A stretch of 64,000 nt of DNA, from the NCBI GenBank assembly GCA_951406725.2, contig OX597816.1, positions 71,238,001 through 71,302,000 of the forward strand. The letters are read 5' to 3'. The stretch is from Octopus vulgaris. Its lineage: Eukaryota. Of this stretch, positions 36,667 through 49,740 are shown in pieces; the stretch's first letter is position 1, and each line of letters begins with the position of its first letter. The notes under the pieces were generated by a model. The model worked only from the letters and a program-made list of their open reading frames with translations. It had not been told where the DNA came from and did not search any database. A program made the translations under genes and the position numbers.

Positions 36667-39600
36667 ACATACATGCATACACATATGTATGTACACTCAC
36701 TCACACTTACAGACACACGCGTTTGGTTGTACACATAGGAGAAAGAGTATCAATGACTAGCATCAATCGTACCAGAAATACCTTGCTCGCTTTTTAATCA
36801 ATGAACTGGATGCTTGCTTCTCAGCAGCATTTCTCTGTTCTAATTCTATTTTCGAAGGCTCCACTGTTGCACTCGGGCCTTCGTTCATTCATTTCCTTTC
36901 ATCAATGCTACATGTTATAGGGTAACAGTGATTAACTCAGGACTATTACTGCGTAGCTATTTGTACTTCGTTTCCTCTGTATATATAATTGGCTTTCTCC
37001 CTAGTTTAACAAACAATGAAACCACCACCATTAAGTGTACGCGATTATTATTGTGTACGAATACGTATGTATATTTGCGTAACACCCACTTTTCCAATTT
37101 CACGTTTGGTTCTATATGTGTGTGTTGCATTGTACTATTGTTAGTGTTGACCCTGTGGCAGATAAAACTGTATTATTATTGGAACATGACTCAATTCCCC
37201 CCGCCTTTCTCTCTTCCGAATCGGAGACCTTGTGCTTTGGTTTCAAATATCAATCAATGGTTATCATTGGTGTCGATTTGGAGTTCGATACACCCCTCCT
37301 CTTATTGTAGCCATTTTTTTACACTTGGAAGCACCAAGGCATTTAATAAATAAATGTGTTGGAGAAAGGAATGAACCTCATACATTCTCGTTACTATCAC
37401 TGTCTGTAAATCTAAACACATCTCTGTGTGAATTTAGTCAATTTACTACGTAATGTTTTTAGAGTGAATAAATTTTTGTTTTTTTCGTTGTTCAAGGCCA
37501 CACTATCCAGGCAAGTGGGTAATAGAATTGACACTGTATCGACTTCCGATATTCGACTGGTATTTTACGACATTAAAAGAACCTGTATATGATCTTGGCC
37601 ACACCACTTGCTAGAGATAGCAGCCGTGAAAACCAAATATGATGGTTACGACTGAAATGCTTTTAAAGAAAGTAGATCTGTTTGACTTGGGACTAAACAA
37701 CAATGTACAAATTTTTGTGAACTAGTTTTGTACTGTGAATGCCCACAGTTAGCTCAAAACAAGCACAAAAAGTATAATAAACGTTATAAAATTGCTGCAA
37801 TAATTCCCTGGCATTTTTGTAAGAGATTCAGTTTCGCACGCACAGAAAAACCGAGGCGCTTTTGTGAGAACAATTGAAAGTTCTTGAAAATGTTGACGTT
37901 AGGTTGTTATGATACTTCCCATACTAACAGATGGGAGACTGGAATACAATAAACCGGATAATATAGTCATTGATAAGAAGAAAGTGCTTCCTGTTACCAA
38001 CAGGACATGCTCGTTTGATTGTAGCTTCCAGGGGAAAGAACCATCATCATCATCGTTTAACATCCGTTTTCCATGCTGACATGGGTTGGACGGTTTGACT
38101 GGATCTGGAAAGCTAGCGGCTGCACCAGGTTCCAATCTGATCTGGCAATGTTTCTACAGCTGGATGCCCTTCCTAATGCCAACCACTCTGAGAGTGTGGT
38201 GGATGCTTTTTACGTGCCACCGGCACAGGAGCCAGGGGGGGGGGGGCACTGGCATCGCCACGTTCGAATGGTGCTTTTTACGTGCCGCAGGCACGGGAGC
38301 CAGTCAGGCGGCACTGGCATCGGCCATGTTCAGATGGTGCTTTTTACGTGCCACCGGCACAGGAGGAACTGGCATCAGCCACCTACGGATGGTGTTTTTT
38401 ATGTGACACTGGCATAGGAGCCATTCAGGTGAAATTCTGAAGTCTCTGAATAAAGAAGTTAATAAGGCCATCATCATCATTTCATGTCAGTTCTTCCATT
38501 TTCCAGTTTGGCATTGTTCAGACGGAATTTGTTGAATCCGAATTCCTATGGTTGACTGCTCTTCCTTACCTGTTTGCAAGCAAGCTAATGTTCCCCAGGG
38601 CCTGATATGTTTACTACAGAAGACTGGAAACAAACAACATTGCTTGCATGACAGTGATGCTTCTTTATAATCATAATATAATGTCAAGACACCACACACA
38701 CACACTCGCGATCGGTTTCTTTCAATTTCTATCTACCAAGATCGTTAGCCACTACACGCATTTTTTTCTCTCCTTGTTTTTTCTGTGTTCCTTTCTGTAG
38801 AAGAGCATAGGCTCGAAACGTAAAAGACTTTTTCTATTCCTGAGCGTTATACTAATACATCTGTTTGTTTTGTACACCACCTGTCTTCGCCTTTTGTTTT
38901 TTTTTTTTCGTGAATTCTCCATTATTAAGGCTTTGGTTGACCCAGAGCTGTAGTAAAAAACACTTGCCCAAGGTGTCACACAGTGGGACTGTACCTAAGA
39001 CCACATGGTAGAGAAGCAAGTTTCTTAACCACTCAGACACTCCCAATTATCATTGGGGCTTTGGAAACTGTGAAGAAGAATTTGAGAGTAAAGTTCTTGA
39101 TACAATGTATGAATGAATATGTGAAAACTGTAATAACAAGAAAGAATGAGAATGTTTCTCGCCACAGCCCATTGTCCAACAAGAAGCATAATTAAACCAA
39201 TTATGACATTAACACATGTTACAACAAAATGACTTCTGATTATTATGCAAAAAGCACCTGTGCCAAGACCCCGTAAAACGCACCCATGCCAGTGCTGCGT
39301 GGAGAGCACCCGTGCTGGTGCCATGTAAGAGGCCTTCAGTACACTGGCATTAGCAAGGGCATCTAGTTGTAAAAGCCCTACTAGAACAAACTGGAGCCTG
39401 GTACAACTCTCCAGCTCACCAGCTCCTGTCAAACCATCCAACCCATGCCAGCATGGAAAAACAAACATTAAATAATGATGATGAGGATAACCTTAGGCTT
39501 TTGGAACATGAATGCAGTCGATTATATTGACCTATTACTTAACTGGTTTTATTAACCTTAGAAGAAAATGTAACCATAATCTGATTTCTTGCTTTAGCAC

Positions 39601-40061
39601 AAGACCACTAATTTTGAAAGGGGGAAGAGTGGGCAATTTTGACCAGTAATCCGACTTTTGAAATTATATGTTGTATTTACAGTAATTACATAAGTGCTCA
39701 ATAGTGGACATCTGCTATAACAGGATATTATCAATCGCCAGTGGCACACCATAAAAGTGACCCACCCATTACTTACATTGAACTGGTAGTTCACCTTAAG
39801 TGGTGTTGAACATGCACAACATTAGCATAACAATGGTGCCATGGACTGGGTAAATGTGGTAATTGGTGTATTTAGTAATCAGGTCGAAGAATTTTATTAA
39901 AAACAGTAACAAGTAATCTAAATAATATAAATAAAGTAGTCAAAGTGTAAAAGAAATAGTGTGTATAAAATCATCATTTAACACCCAGGTTTCATGCTGG
40001 TGTGGGGTTGATAATTTGACGGGATTTGTTGAGTCCAGGGAGACAGTATCCTGCTCAAAAG

Positions 40062-40959
40062 CAGTGTTTATCAACCTTTTTACCCTTGCATCGCCCTTAA
40101 AATAAATTGCATGTCTCAAGGAACCCGTGCACAAAAAATTTTTATACCATATCTTTCTTGTATTTTTTCATCGTAGTTCATGTGGTTAATATCATATATA
40201 TATGTATATATCGTATTTGATAGCCTATAAGATGCATGAGTGCATAGGACTATAGCCTAGGCTATACTTTTGTAAAATAAATTACCACTAAAATAATGTT
40301 TTAATTCCTCCACTTACCTGTATAACTTTGTTATTACCGGTAATTATAAGCAATTTATTGCATCCACATTCGATGTAAACATACAATTGGCGACTGTTCA
40401 CCAATAGATGGCTGCACACATTTTGTAAACATACATACATTGAGTGCACTGGACACGGGGTTTTTTAAAGCCATTTTGGGGTAAAAAAGATTCATCTTAT
40501 AAGCCATCAAATGCGGTGTATATATAGGCACCATTCGAGCGTGATCGTTACCAGCGCCGCCTTACTGGCACTCAAACCCTGTGCTAGTAGGGTATTAAGA
40601 GCACCATCCGAGCGTGATCATTGCCAGAGCGGCTATCTGGCCTCCATGCCAGTGGCACGTAAAAGACACCATTCGAGCGTGATCATTACCAGCATCGCCT
40701 TACTGGCACCTGTGCCGGTGGCATGTGTAAAAGATTCGAGTGAGGTCATTGCCAGTACTACCGACTGGCCCCATGCCGGTGGCACATAAAAGCACCCGCT
40801 ACACTCAAGGAGTGGTTGGCGTTAGGAAGAGCATCCAGCTGTAGAAACTCTGCCAGATCAAGATTGAAGCCTGGTGCAGCCATCTGGTTCGCCAGCCCTC
40901 AGTCATTCGTCCAACCCATGCTAGCATGGAAAGCAGACGTTAAACGATGATTATGATGA

Positions 40960-40996
<37 letters not shown>

Positions 40997-41667
40997 TAAA
41001 TAAAACATATGCATATATATATATACATATATGTATGTACCAGCCTCATCGAAGATGCGTATCGCCTTCACCTTCGAAACGCAAAGTAGATGAAACCATG
41101 GTGACTAAAGAAGGGGAATTTTCCTTGTGTTATTTGTCCTGTACTCTATTTTTTTGTTGTTTAAGAAAAATGTCCAGTTCCTTGGTTTTGTGTTTGTTTT
41201 CGTTTCTCATTGTGTTCAACGTTTTTTTTGGTGTCCTGTACCCATATATGCATGTATATATACATGTAGAGGTTAGTACGTACATATATGTATATATATA
41301 TGCATATGTTTTATTTATTAATATATTATATGATGAAATGTACGCATCCATTTCTAAGTAAAATTGTTCTTGATATATATATATATATATATACACACGA
41401 TGTAATTGATTTTCTCTGTAAAAATAAAGAAAATACAGGGTATCCATAAATTACAGATATCACTAAAAATATCCCCAGTGGTTGTATATATATTTTTGGT
41501 AAAATAATAGGTTAAATAGGATGATGTCTATATTACAATATTGCAATAACCAATTGATATGCTGTGCATGTAGAGTAATATTGCAATTATGAAATTAGCA
41601 TTAGCTTATCTCAGTTTCTTGTAGAACCCCTAAGAACCTTTTGTGGAACCCTGGTTGAGAAACGCTG
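40062..41667. mobile_element. hAT-like non-autonomous element with nested insertions
   Basis: TIRs cagtgtttatcaacc / ggttgagaaacgctg; near-perfect 8-bp TSD ctcaaaag / ctctaaag; interrupts an RTE 3'UTR copy. A related end lies at about 45862-45960. Confidence 0.7.
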
Positions 41668-43863
41668 CTCTAAAGTCTGTTTTGGCTGGATGCTTTTCCT
41701 AATGCCAACCATTTTACAGCATGTACTCGGTGCTTTATTTTTTTCATGCCACTGGCACTAGTGAGGTCACCATTGCTGCTCTCAAAACTGCAAAACCTTA
41801 GGTGCTGGGTAGGGGAGCAGGTTCTTGTGGAAGAGCTCTTTGGCTACTCACATTTAGAAGAGAGAGTGAAAATGATCAGTAAGAGCTTTAAAGATATATT
41901 CTTTTATTCTTTTTTTCTTTTGTTTGTCATTTGACTGTGGCCATGCTGGAACATTGCCTTTAGTCGAACAAATTGACCCCAGCACTTATTCTTTGTAAGC
42001 CTAGTACTTATTCTATTGGTCTCTTTTGTCGAACCGACAAGCTACGGGGACGTAAACACATCGACAATGGTTGTCAAGCAATGGTGGGGGGACAAACACT
42101 GAAATACACACACATATGACAGGCTTCTTTCAGTTTCTGTCTACCAAATCCACTCACAAGACTTTGGTTGGCCCGAGGCTATAGTAGAAGACAAGGTGCC
42201 TGTATGCACATTATTATTAATTGTTGCCTTAAACTGGGCAAGCTGTATGGCAGCCTGATTTTGGTCATCATGACAAGGATACTTCATTTGACATTTTTTG
42301 TGTGATATTTGTACGTGAAGCATAGCTCTGTGGTTAAAATGTTTGCTTCTCAACTGTATGGTTTCAGGTTCAGTCCTACTGTGTGACACTTTGGGCAAAT
42401 GTCTTCTCCTTGGGCACACCAAAACTATGTGAATGGATTTTGTAGATGGAAACTGAGGGCAGCTCATTATGTGTGTGTGTGTGTGTTGATGTATATGTGT
42501 GTGTGTATGTATGTATGTATGTATGCTTGTATGTTTATGTTTCCTTGTTTTGATATTTTGTGATGGTTGTTAAATGACTGTCATTCATTTTCAATACTCT
42601 GCATAACCATGTCTGACCATGGGGAAAATATTAACTTACTTGGAACCAGTTAAGGGAACATTGAAATGCTAGTCCCCTTAAATAGCATTGATCACATGCA
42701 AGCATGCAACACCATTAGCTGGGTAAATATTGTTGTATGTTGTAGAAATAGACTCCAAGAACTTTAATAAAAAGCACTGCTAGGTAAGGACTGTAATGGA
42801 TTACTAGGGCTCCAAGGTTATAGCTGAGACAATAGTTATGGAGCCATTGCAGATTTCTGATATAGCGGATATATAATTGTTAAAGAGGACAACAAACGTT
42901 AAAGCAAGGCAACTGACTTGAGATGTTTGCCTTGCTTTAACGTTTGTCCTCTTTTAACAATTTTAACAATATATATATATATATATGTACATACATACAT
43001 ATATATATGTACATACATACATATATATATATATAGAGAGAGAGAGAGATTTTAAAATTATTTTGTTTAGCTTTTGTTCATCCACATAAAGCACCAGTTA
43101 TTAATTGGTTTTTATGATTATAGACATTTTACATGGGTTGTGCTACCCTATTATAATCCGAGCCCAGAAGAATGGAAGGCAAAGTTGTGCTCAGTGACTT
43201 TTGAACCTTGGATATAGACACAGCTAAATGTTGCAAAACATTTGCTCCAGTGCTTTACCATTCTCTGCCTTGGAATATATAACAATAATGATAATAAATT
43301 TTCTTGCTTGAAATATTGATTTTTTTTTTCTTTCTTTCTTGCATTAACTATTGATTTCTGACATGGTGTAGTTATACTTCAGTGAGTTTAATTGATACGG
43401 AGCCAATGAACAAAACTGAATATCCCAATACTATATACATAGTATCTTTCTCTTTCTCTCTTCCACTCTGTACATCCTCGGTATTGATGGTTTACTAACA
43501 GTAACTATTTATAAGAAACCTATTACTAGAGTTTATTCTTCAAGTGGATACAAATGATTGTGTATACTTATCACTTCTTATCCATCCGTCTCATGCAAGC
43601 ATATAAATCTGGATATTATGTCGATGATGAATCTTATCCAATTAAACACAAGGGGTTGATCCACCTCTTTGTTTTTTGTTTCTAGAAGGTGTAAATAGAT
43701 ATGGACTCTAGTATAAAACTGGTGCTTGTTTGATTGGGTTGTATCGTCTTATTGTTGTCTAGCTAAATTGGTACTGGCAGAATTTGAACCTGGAAATACA
43801 GTTGCATAAACATGTTTATATGTTGTTGGTTAGTTTCTGGGTCTGTCCTGATCCAGCTGCCTT

Positions 43864-44142
43864 ACAAGGAGGTACCCAAAATTAACCAGAAACGTTTTCT
43901 GATCGAAGCTACTTGATGCCACCCTCAGGCATCAGAATGCCGACCGGCGTTGTCCAGTGAAGTCGTACTGCCATGTGGTGCGTCTTTGTTTTGCAGTGCT
44001 TCTCCCCTGTTCGTTGATTTTTAAGATGACCAAAACAAAGGAACAACATGCTTCCATGAAATTCTGTTGGGGAAAATAGCTGCCAAAACAGTTGTCATGC
44101 TTCAAACTGCTTACAAGGACCCTGTCATGAGCAAAACACAAC
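43864..44142 (+). mobile_element. Mariner transposase 5' fragment
   Basis: Frameshifted EQHASMKFC..GK.AAKTVVMLQTAYKDPVMSKTQ resembles the mariner N-terminal helix-turn-helix. Confidence 0.65.
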
Positions 44143-45974
44143 TTAAGATAAATTTAAGCTAGTCTAAGCCTTTCACTATGGCAGTTTGAAAATGTTTTGA
44201 GACAGCCTCTGATCTTGCCAGTTCCTATCATGCTGTCCAACCCATCCAGCATGGAAAACAGATGTTAAATGATGATGATGATGATGATCTGTTTAAAGTT
44301 TTACAGCAAAAGGCTTAAAATCCTAGTTTAATTGCTACAAATTTACCTTTATACAGGTATGGCTGTGTGGCAAGAAGTTTGCTGCCCAATCACATGGCTC
44401 TTGGTGCAGTCCCGCTGCAGGGCACCTTGGGCAAGTGTGTATTTGCTAGACAGAAACTGAAAGAAGCCTGTCGTATATATATTATATATGTATATGTGTT
44501 TGCCCTTATGTCTCTGGTGTTGATGTGTTTACTTCTGTGTAACGTAGCAGTTCAGTGAAAGAGACCAATAGAATAAGCAACAGGCTTTCAAAAAATTAGT
44601 CCTGGAGTTGATTCGTTCAGCTTGAATTCTTGAAAGCAGTGCTCCAGCGTGGCAACAGTCTAATGACTGAAAGAAATAAGACTAAAAAATATATATACAC
44701 ATGCACACATACTATATATACATTAACTCTTTAGTATTTAAACCGGTCATTTCAGGCCTAAATATTCTACCAGTTTTAAGCTTAAACTGACCAGATCCAG
44801 CCTCTCACACTTCTCCTGTAATGTCATTTTAAAAATAAACAATCTCATCATTGAAATATCGAAGCTATAAGACAACATGATAAATTCAAAACTGTGAATA
44901 AATAAGCATCCTATTCAATAGAGAATAATTTGAATACGAAACGGTTACTCCACTTTGAGTGACCTGAGAATGTTGCAGTGGGGGATGAGGGCAAACTTTG
45001 CCCTTTTAAGATACACTCTACTGGCATAGCCATATTAAAACCACCAGCAATAGAATTGTGAGATGCATACAGAGTGATGACCCCTAACCAATGTGCTCAT
45101 TCAGCACCTGTGCAACTGATTTGTGGGTTGAAGCTGGTTGTCATATGCCAGCTGTTTACCTTCGTTTGGCAAGCAAAATCAGGCAGCCTTCCTCGGACTG
45201 TTAGTTGTGGCAAAGGAGGCTGTGGAATGTGATTGAAGGGTTCGTAAACAAAGCCTTTTGGCTCAGATGCTAATCCCTCGTCATCTTCTTCAAGTAGCAC
45301 ATGAAGAGGAAAGTGCTTTCCTCCGGTGAACTTTTGTCGGGCTAGTATGACAAAATGCTGACAATAAATAAGCTTACTTCAGTTATGTAGCTGTAAGGCT
45401 GGTGATAAGAACTGGGAGAAAGCACTTGTTTTGGGTGTGTTGAGGTAATTTGAAGTTGTGTGTAGGAGGCCTTGTGCTTGTGTAAGAAATCATCATCATC
45501 GTTTTACTTAGTCATCGGTTCCTGTTTAGCAAGGTTGTTACCAGTTGGTCTCCACACAGTCAGCATGACAGGGAATATCAACACATTTTGACCGTTTTGG
45601 CTGAAATGTGATTTTCTAGCATTTTTGAGACCCACCCTCCATTTTTGACATACATTTATTTAAAATCAACATGTGACATACTCCCACTTTCATCTGTGAC
45701 TGTCTCACACACTCCCATTCTCTCTCTCTCTCCCTCTCGCCTTCTTTCAAAATTAAATCTCTCTTTGTTGTTTAACTCCAGGTTAGCCTTCACCCTGCAG
45801 ACCAATGATCAAAAACAGTTCCTTTTATGACGAAACTTAGTAACACTGTTATCCCCTAGACCAGCGTTTCTCAACTGGGATTCCCCAGAACCCTAGGGTT
45901 CTGCAAAAAGTTTCCTAGGGGTACCATGAGAAAGAGTGAGATAAGCTAATGCTAATTTATATATATATATATAT

Positions 45975-46813
45975 GAAGCTAGCATGATTCGCTGGATGTG
46001 TAATGTCAGTGTGCACACACAACAGAGTATATGCGCCCTGAGAGAAATGCTGGACATAAGAAGCATCGGATGTGGCATGCAAGAGAGACGTTTGCGCTGG
46101 TATGGTCATGTACTACGGATAGATGAGGAGAGATGTGTGAAGAAGTGCCACTCCCAAACAGTTGAAGGAATCCAGGGTAGAGGTAGACCCAGGAAAACAT
46201 GGGATGAGGTGGTGAAGCATGACCTTCGGACATTGAGCCTCACAGAAGCAATGGCAAAAGACTGAGATCTCTGGAGATATGCTGTAGCTGTGAAGACCTG
46301 ACAAATAACGTGAGTTCATGGCTGTTTTCTGCACCAGTTTCACATAACAGCCCCAGCCCTTCCAAAGTACCTTGGATCACAGAATGGCCTGCTGTTCTTA
46401 CCTTGGATCGTAGGGCAACCTGCTGTGCTTGAGGAGACCTATTGAGTCAAGTACATCAACATCAAAATAAAAAATCAAATGGAAATTGTACTTGTGATAC
46501 CTGTGCCGGTGGCATGTAAAAAGCACCATCCAAATGTGGCTGATGCCAGTGCCGCCTTGACTGGCTTCCGTGCTGGTGGCACGTAAAAAGCACCAACCGA
46601 TCGTGGCTGCTGCCAGCCTTGCCTGGCACCTGTGCCGGTGGCATGTAAAAAGCACCCACTACAATCACGGAGTGGTTGCGTTAGGAAGGGCATCCAGCTG
46701 TAGAAACACTGCCAGATCAGACTGGAGCCTGGTGCAGCCTCCTGGCTTCCCAAACCCCAGTCGAACCGTCCAACCCATGCTAGCATGGAAAACAGTTGTT
46801 AAACAATGATGAT
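45975..46813 (+). mobile_element. RTE-clade LINE 3' fragment (ORF end + long 3'UTR + (GAT)n tail)
   Basis: MIRWMCNVS...ERRLRWYGHVLR...GRGRPRKTW is typical of the RTE C-terminus and runs directly into the window's most abundant repeat. Confidence 0.9.
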
Positions 46814-46932
46814 ATATATATATATATATATATATATGATATTTACCACATGAACTACATTGAAAAATTATGAGAAAGATATGGTTTATATCTTTTGTGC
46901 AGGAGTTCATTGAGATATGTAGTTTATTTTCC

Positions 46933-47112
46933 TATGTGGCACTGACATGGGTGCTTTGTGTGTGATGCTGGCATGGGTACTTTGTACTTGATGCTAGAAC
47001 GGGTGTATCGTATGTGGTGCTGGCACGGGTGTTTTGTACAAGGCACTGGTATGAGTGCTTTCTACATAACGCTTCATACGTGGCACCGGCACGGGTGCCC
47101 CCCATGTGGCAC
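46933..47112. repeat. Degenerate ~26-bp tandem repeat (gtggcactggcatgggtgcttt)
   Basis: About six diverged units resembling the RTE 3'UTR subrepeats in reverse orientation. Confidence 0.6.
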
Positions 47113-47434
47113 ATATACCTGTAAAATCCTCAACTACTATCACAATTAATTCAAGAACAGGTAATTCAGTTGATTAAAAAGAAAACTGAACCTTCATCAC
47201 AACAAAAGCGCTGTTAATTAAAGGAACAAATACATAACAAATCATTGTTTTTCAATAATTGGCAAATATTACTTTATTATTATTATAATCAACATCATTA
47301 TTGATTGATTCTAATAATAGTTGTTTTTTTTTCTCACGTGAAATTTCATCTTGATTGATGGGTCTTTTTATTTTATAAAAGAACATTGCTCTTTTTTGTT
47401 TCATTAGTTGTCAGTTTCAGTTTGAGAAGACCAT

Positions 47435-47832
47435 TTGTTGTTGTTGCTGCTGTTGCTGTTGAGCGAAGCAGTCATTGTCTCAGAGCTCGCAATGGGAGAA
47501 GTCCGAATCGTGGTCCTTTGCTATTCGTAAGACCCGCAGAAGAGAAAGCAGGTCAACCCCTGACACCGAGAGCATCAACAAATGGATGAATGTGCATCCA
47601 GGCTCAGCGGTTATGTAGGAAGTCGGGGACAAGAAACAGGAAGAAAGAGTGAGAGAAAGTTGGAGCAAAAGAGTACAACAGGGGTCGCACCCCCCCCCCC
47701 CCTGCTGGAGCCTCGTGGAGCTTTAGGTGTTTTCGCTCAATTAACACACACAACGCTAAGTCTGGGAATCGAAACCATGATCTTCCGACCGCGAGTCTAC
47801 TGCTCTAACCACTGGGCCATTGTGCCTCCACT
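47435..47832 (-). mobile_element. SINE family C, second copy
   Basis: Closely similar to 16423-16798; (AAC/AGC)n tail. A head-only fragment lies at about 34995-35102(+). Confidence 0.85.
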
Positions 47833-48893
47833 TTGTTGTTGCTACTGTTGTTCCCTCCCAAGGCTTAGGAATAGGATAAATTGGCCATATTAGTTTTTGC
47901 TTAACTCTAAATCAATCTTTATTGAGCCATGAGCTTTTCACCCATTTTTCTTTTGGTCGAGAGATATTAAATATTGATGTGCTCTATTTTACTGTGATAG
48001 TTATGCAAGTTGAGGATTTGGCTGTTATTTCAAGTATGTCAAACATGATACTGTTTATGCATGGTTAAATGACGTGTATGTATGTATATATATGTGTGTA
48101 TATTTATGAATGTATAATGTGTAGGTATGGCTGTGTGGTTAAGAAGTTTGTTTCCCAACCATGTGGTCTTGGGTTCAGTCCCACTGTGTAGCATTTGGAT
48201 GTTTTCTACTATAGCTTTGGGTCAACCAAAATCTTCTGATCTTTTCAGTGGATTTGGTTGGCGGAAACTGAAAAAGTGTGTCATGTTAGGAAGGGTATCC
48301 AGCCATAAAAATCCTGCCAAAACAGACACAGAAGTCTGGTACAGGCTCCTGTCAAACCATCCAACCCATGCCGGCATGGAAGGTGGATGTTAAACAATGA
48401 TATATATATATATATATAAAAAATATATATATATAAATATACTAGCTTATTTTGACCGAAAAGATGACCCTATAACCTAAGTTATGGTATTTAGAATATT
48501 AATTCTGATTTGTCATCCACTAAATTTGGAATTGTGTAAATGTATGAATTTTAAACATGCATACACACAAAGAAAATCTGCCTTTTATAGATAAGATATA
48601 TATAAATTATATAGAGGGCACTATTACACATAAATGCCGCTAGCTAGGAGGGACTTTTAAAGTCAAAACTACCAAAATGAACAAATTGTACCGAATGCAA
48701 TCTTCGAAGCGAGTCATTTAAAAACAGAATTTAGTCCCTCCTAGCATGCGGCATTTATGTGTAATAGTGCCCTCTATATAATATAAATAATTATTTTCAA
48801 GTTGAAAAGATTTACAGATTTTTTCTCTTAGGAGGTTTTTTCATGCTAACTACTTGATAATTTCTTATGAAGATTTTATCCTATTTTTATATT

Positions 48894-48947
<54 letters not shown>

Positions 48948-49539
48948 GGGACTGCTACCATCCACTGACCATTCAACTTAATACTATCATGGCACTCCCA
49001 AATTCTTCTTCTTCCCTTTCTCCTCCTTCTTTTTCTTCCCTACCAAGAATTCACAAGAGTAAACAAGAGAGACAGAGACAGGCAAAAACAAGGAAACTGC
49101 CACTTGTATTTGAACACCATACAAATATTCTTTTAAAAAAACTTTTCTTTTAATTTTTCTAAATTTAATTATTTAATTGTTACAGTTGAACTTGACTTTT
49201 TTTCCCATATATATATGTATACACACACACACACACACACATTATAAATGTGTGTGTGTTTCTGTGTACCTTTGTCTTGAAATCTTGTGATAATTTTAAA
49301 TAAGCATCACCGTCATACAAATGATGTTCTTCAGTTCCGGTCTTTTGTGAGGAAATATTACCTTGCTTGATGACAAGAAGAGTGCTTGGCTGGAGAAAAA
49401 TCAACCTCAACAAATTCTGTGTAACCCATACAAGCTTGGAAAAATGGACGTTGTTGATATGTATAGTTGACAAGTTTAGGAAAGTGGAGATGACTTCAGT
49501 TGCAGTATAATAGACAGGGGAAATCGCAAACACTTTCAT

Positions 49540-49740
49540 ATGAGGGGGTGCTGAAAAGTTCTTGGCTTTAAGGGTACTGTGAAAAGGCCTGGTTGGAGAC
49601 CCAACCTTTAGAAAAACTGCAGGACCACTGCAATAAGTGTGTAAATCTGAGAGGGGAATATTTTGAATAAAAATCATAATTAACTGATCCTCCTGTATTT
49701 TCTTTTACCCAAAGTCAGGAACCTTGCAGCACCCCACCGT
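49540..49740 (+). mobile_element. Tc1/mariner deletion derivative
   Basis: Same TIR family; retains the transposase end ...CNKCVNLRGEYFE*. Confidence 0.75.
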
